Source: the human T2T-CHM13v2.0 reference genome, Homo sapiens. From it: 64,000 nucleotides of DNA. The first letter of the stretch is position 1. Each line of letters opens with the position of its first letter. The position numbers were made by a program, and so were the translations under genes. Where the stretch lies: the NCBI RefSeq assembly GCF_009914755.1, contig NC_060928.1. One strand, given 5' to 3'. The notes beneath the pieces were generated by a model, which worked only from the letters and a program-made list of their open reading frames with translations, did not search any database and had not been told where the DNA came from. This document shows positions 56,501 through 64,000 of this stretch, piece after piece.

Positions 56501-57556
56501 GGTACATGAATGTTAAACTTCTGAAAATGCATTTAATTTTTCTTCCTTGCACTGAAGAAAATTGCCTTTCTCTGTAGAGGAGAAAATTGCTTTTCTTTGT
56601 CCTAGCCTTGTCCCTGCAGAGTCTTTTAATTCCCCTCCATCATGCTTCTCTACATTCTTTCCAATAAAAACAATACAGACACTTGAAAAAACATGATATT
56701 TGGTACCTAAAGACATAGATCTGTTTTATCTCTGTCACGTATGAGCTGTTTAATCCGAATCTGTTATATCATTTGTGAAATGGGAGTACAAAAAAAAAAG
56801 TCATTCACAAAGATGTAGAAAAGATTAAATGAGCTTTGGAAACTGCTTTGTAACCCTCAAAAATCTATAGAAATATTTACAATTACAGGTCAGCTGTCAT
56901 CACTACAATAGCTTTTTCTTCTTCTTTCTGCCAAGTAATATTTATCCTTCAGTCCCTTTCTCTCTCTCTCTCTTTTTAAGTTGGGTATTGAAACTATTCC
57001 ATGAACTCTTTTTTGGGAAGAAACAGACTGTCAGTCATAGAGGGAGGGATAACCTCCCTTTCATCATTTTGTGACTGTGACCACTTAATGACCTATGACA
57101 ACCAGACTTGAGTCAATGATCCAATAGAGAAGATCATCACTCATTTAAGTGTGTAACTACTAGAGACAGAAATCTCAGACAAAGCAAACAAAGCACATGC
57201 ATGGTAAATGAGATCAGAAGTGGAGTAGCTACTATAATTAGAGGGTGCTAGAAAGATCTTTTCTAATTTTCTGTGGACTCTGAAATTATACAATGAGATA
57301 TTGATTTCTTTGTTCTACAATATTTCTCTTCAGAAGTTTTCTATTAGAGAGCAATTGCCACCTGAGAGAAAAGCATGAAAACTAGCATCCATCTTCAATA
57401 TCTCAGCATAAATTAGATCTAAGGTAGCTAGCTCTCACCTTGGAAGGCAGAGAACAAAAGCCCAATAGAATGGGACTCATATTAAGTTAATAAGTTGTAA
57501 TGCTAGGAAAATGAAATGTCCAGAATAATTCTTCAGAAGAATATATTAACCTAGAG

Positions 57557-57715
57557 CAAGGTCCAGCAAACTTTTCCTGGAAAGGATCAGATAGTAAATA
57601 TTTCAGGCTTCCAGTCTCTATTGCAACTACATATTTCTCACATTGTAATGCAAAAAGAGTCATATAATACACAAGTGAACAGGGGTGGCTGTGTTCCAAT
57701 AAAGTTTTATTGGAA
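57557..57715 (+). mobile_element. MER58A-like hAT-Charlie element
   Basis: gcaaacttttcctggaaaggatcagatagtaaatattt...ggctgtgttccaataaa. Confidence 0.75.
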
Positions 57716-58100
57716 AATAATCTTTTTAATTTTTGATAGATTTAAAAAATCTTCTGGCCTAGAGGTAGAAGATTTTTAAAATCTATATAAAATTAAAACT
57801 ATTGAATGATAATATTAAGATAAATATATATGGTATATAACTGCTAAATAAAATTTCACTGAAGAATATAACCAAAAGGTAATCTTTGTATTACATTAAA
57901 AGGCCTGCTTAAATATTGACAAGGAAAAGAATAGAAAATAGAAAAATGGAAATGTACTGAATAATTAGTTCATAATTTAGCATTATAATGTCTAATAGAT
58001 GTGATGATACTCAATTCACTAGTAGTTATAGAAATTAAATCACAATATATTAATAAAATTACTTTGCATAAATTGAACTGATAAAAATTAAAAGCTCTCT

Positions 58101-59594
<1,494 letters not shown>

Positions 59595-60469
59595 AAAAGC
59601 TATCTAACATCTACTGCTGTTTGGAAATGTCAGCAGAAGGATATTCTCATGTATAGCTCTGGAAATATAACTTGTTGCTGACTTTTTGGAATGGAATCTG
59701 GTATTGTCACTTCAAATTAAATATGCCTATATTATTGAACCTAATTCCAGGATTTGGGAATAATGCCCAATCCTGAAATCTAACTCCAAGATACAAAACT
59801 ATAAAAACTGCAAAACCTTTTAGTAAAGTTATGTGTGTATGCGTGTATCTCAGTAGATGATCAGAAGAGCATGGAAAAATATATTGAGGAAGTATCATAA
59901 ATGGTTAACATGGGTTACCTGCCTGGAGTGGTTTGATGGGGCAACTGAAGAAGGTGAAGGGATCAAGTAGAGAAGAAGGAGAGAGTCAACCAAAAAGTGA
60001 AAAGGAAAAAGTCTTAAAAAAAAAAAAAAGCATTGTTTGTGTATAATATATTTACATTTATGTACAATTTTATGGCTTGTATATTAATAAAGATTTTAAG
60101 AATTATATTTTTTAAAGAAGAGAAAAGATATTATGGTCTCTAGTCTAAACTCCTGAGAAAACTTAAGGAAAACAAGTTTGCCAGTGCCTTTTTACTAATT
60201 CCCTTGAGATCTTTCATTTGCAGGCAAAAAGATTGGCCTTTCAGTTCAGCCTGGGCTTGAAATATCAAACACATTGCCATATCAAACACATTTCTGTGCC
60301 AGGTAGGTAACATAATTTCTTTCTTAAATTGCTTTTTTTTTTTTTTGGTAAAGCATACTCTGTTTTTAGATTAAGTATATAAAAATAGTCTTAACTCTAC
60401 AACAATAAAAAATTTCTGTCTCCCTTTTGTTTCAGGACCAGTCACACTACTACCACCCTGCCCCCAACA

Positions 60470-60775
60470 AACACACACACAGATACACACTTCTATATAT
60501 ATATATATACTATATATAAATATATATATATTTACTCTCTATTTCCAAGTTATATTGGAATAGTCTCATGCCTAAATCAATAGGAGAAATGCTGGGTCAT
60601 AGGTAGGATTCAGCCCACAATGGTATCTGATTGGCCTATTCTATATTTTACTATATATAAATTCTATATATACTAAATATAAATATATATATTTATATTT
60701 ATATATATATAAATATATATATATTTATATATATATATTTATATTTATATATATATAAATATATATATATATATT

Positions 60776-60810
<35 letters not shown>
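60470..60810. repeat. Compound (CA)n/(TA)n/(GA)n microsatellite interrupted by a 116-bp insert
   Basis: Direct reading: TA tracts at 60494-60531 and 60652-60788, GA tract at 60789-60810. Confidence 0.92.
60535..60650 (-). repeat. 116-bp inverted copy of 61333-61448
   Basis: Its reverse complement matches 61333-61448 with 3 mismatches by manual alignment. Confidence 0.95.
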
Positions 60811-60979
60811 CAAGTAGCAACTGATACTTAATTATTACATATTCCATAGCATGGTGAACTGTAGCAAACCGGAAAATACAATTATCATTCAAAGTATGTA
60901 GCCCCTATTCAAATCCAGTAAATTGTTGACCCACAGGATATTAGTATATTGTCTTCAGGCTTAACTTTTCAAGAAAAGG

Positions 60980-61396
<417 letters not shown>

Positions 61397-62574
61397 CTCC
61401 TATTGATTTAGGCATGAGACTATTCCAATATAACTTGGAAATAGAGAGAGATTCTCCAAAGTTTACTGTAGCTGGTGAATTACTTTTTAGAAATCTCCAA
61501 GTTTGTTAATATTGCATATGTAAACTTGAGTGGTAGATTACATTTAAACTAAATAACTTACCCTGTATAAAACACTGTTCTAGTTTGGATCTTTGGTTTA
61601 AAGTGGAGACTTACACTACATTAAAGGGGCCTATCAAAAGTTGCCTATAAACTAGAACTAGAGTCACAAAGGCCAACTTCATGAGTTATTTTAATGATGT
61701 TATCTCTCTCTCTTTCTCTTCCACACATTATTATTCCTCGAAGATACTGCTTCAACAAGTGTGTCTGTTTTCTTTCTTTCTGTACACTATCTTCTAATGC
61801 TAACTCATAATTTTCCTCATAACTTGGGCTGTACACAAACTTTATAGATTTCTTCATACAATATGGTCAACTTCTGTCCCTTCTAACTGATTCAATTTTT
61901 TTGGAATTCCTTGTGCAAATTATCTCAAGAGGTAACTTGATACATTCAGATTATCTTTCTATGACTCTTCATACAACATATTTCATAGGCTAATCTATAA
62001 GCAGTTTGTCACTGTATCAAGTCATCATATGACTGTTCTTGGGCCAATTGCCTTATAGGTAAAGAAAGAGCACACATAAAACATGTGCCTGGATAGTAAA
62101 AATTATAGTAGGAAAATTGTTTAAAGCAATATTTGGGCACATGTGTTAATACAAAAAATCTTCCTAGATTTACAGGGGTCACCATTCTTAAGAATTTAGA
62201 AGTTTTGTTAGACTCTTGGTTGATGTCCTGGAAAAATCAATTGGTACTTATTTGAGCATACATTATTTATGAAGTCTTTTTCTTTAGAGACTGTAGTTAC
62301 AGAATCCCCTGGGCTCTCACCTAAGGAATGTATCATATTGAATCCTCTTGCAAGAAGAATTATTTGTAAAAGGGTGTGAAGGCTATGATAAATCAAGTGA
62401 GAGCACAGGAGATTCTTCAGCTACAATCTCTGAAGAATGACTATAGTTGAATCTAGGGCTACAAAAGGGGTTTGGTTAAATAAGAGTTTAGCTATATCCA
62501 ACAGCAATGTCTGTCTTGGAATATGAGATCTCTAGGCATGTTTTAGTCTTTCACATGCACTTTTTTTAAAGCTT

Positions 62575-64000
62575 ATTCTTTTTTATTATTATTATACTTT
62601 AAGTTCTGGGATACATGTGCAGAACGTGCAGGTTTGTTACATAGGTATACATGTGCTGTGGTGGTTTGCTGCATCCATCAACCCATCATCTACATTAGGT
62701 ATTTCTCCTAATGCTATCTCTCCCCTTGCCGCCCACCCCTCCCTGTGCCATACATTCCCATTGTCCAACTCCCAATTATGAGTTAGAACCATGCGGTGTT
62801 TGGTTTTCTCTTCCTGTGTTAGTTTGCTGAGAATGATGGTTTCCAGCTTCATCCATGTCCCTGCAAAGGAAATGAACTCATCCTTTTTTATGGCTGCATA
62901 GTATTCCATGGTGTATATGTGCCACATTTTCTTTATCCAGTCTAACCCTGATGAGAATTTGGGTTGGTTCCAAGTCTTTGCTATTGTGAATAGTACTGCA
63001 ATAAACATACCTGTGCATGTGTCTTTATAGTAGAATGATTTATAATCATTTGGGTATATACCCAGTAATGGGATTGCTGTGTCAAATTGTATTTCTGATC
63101 CTAGAGCCATGAGGAATCGCCACACTGTCTTCCACAATGGTTAAATTAATTTACACTCCCACCAACAGTGTAAAAGCGTTCCTATTTATCCAAATCCTCT
63201 CCAGCATCTGTTGTTTGCTGACTTTTTAATGATAGCCATTCTAATTGGGGTAAGATGGTATCTCATTGTGGTTTTGATTTGCATTCCTCTAATGACCAGT
63301 GATGATGAACTTTTTTTCATATATGTTTGTTGGCAGCATAAATGTCTTCTTTTGAAAAGTGTCTATTCATATCATTCACCCACTTTTTGATGGGGTTGTT
63401 TGTTTTTTTCTTCTAAATTTGTTTAACTTCCTTGTAGATTCTGGATATTAGCCCTTTGTCAGATGGATAGATGACAAAAATTTTCTACCATTCTGTAGTT
63501 TGCCTGCTCACTCTGCTGATAGTTTCTTTTGCTGTGCAGAAGCTCCTTAGTTTAATTAGATCCCTTTTGCCAATTTTGGCTTCTGTTGCCTTTACTTTTG
63601 GTGTTTTAGTCAAGAAGTCTTTGCCCATGCCTATGTACTGAATGGTATTACCTAGGTTTTCTTCTAGGGTTTTTATGGTTTTAGGTCTTATGTTTAAATC
63701 TTTAATCCACTTTGAGTTAATAGTTTTATAAAGTGTAAGGAAAAGATCCAGTTTCAGTTTTCTGCATATGGCTAGCCAGTTTTCCCAGCACCATTTATTA
63801 AATTGGGGATCCTTTCCCCATGGCTTGTATTTGTCATGTTTGTCATGTTTGTCAAAGATCCGATGGTTGTAGATGTGTGGTGTTATTTCTGAGGCCTCTG
63901 TTCTGTTCCATTGGTCTATATCTCTATTTTGGTACCAGTACCATGCTGTTTTAATTACTGTAGCCTTGTAGTATAGTTTGAAGTCAGGTAGCATGATGCC
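62575..64000 (-). mobile_element. Primate L1 (L1PA7/8-like) 3' end, continuing past the window
   Basis: ORF2 pieces [19 protein letters not shown] (63485-63994) and the C-terminal piece (62637-63137); 3'UTR with an internal deletion. Confidence 0.93.

Noticed and set aside
62637-63994. Longest ORFs in the window (166 and 169 aa)
   Set aside because: They are fragments of a decayed L1 ORF2.

Overview
AT-rich, repeat-dense primate nuclear DNA, almost certainly human because it carries a near-consensus AluYa5. It is intergenic or deep intronic, and I can support no intact protein-coding gene, RNA gene or CRISPR array. Most of the window is transposable-element debris: about ten Alu/FLAM copies, three primate L1s (two with large internal deletions), old L1M/L2/MIR pieces, a near full-length Tigger3 DNA transposon, a decayed ERVL provirus with nested LTRs, and many solo LTRs (MER4A x2, MER41 x2, MER67, MER21, MLT1, MLT2A). 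The main non-TE feature is a processed pseudogene of the oocyte KH-domain gene KHDC3L (about 48440-49419, + strand), which sits inside a split MLT1 LTR, retains many CpGs and carries ancestral-looking residues. Two short templated-insertion scars are also visible: a 116-bp inverted copy inside a (TA)n tract, and a ~76-bp direct copy 1060 bp from its twin. Repeat family names and protein comparisons come from my memory of consensus sequences, not from a search. I did not find evidence of a new biological system beyond these leads.
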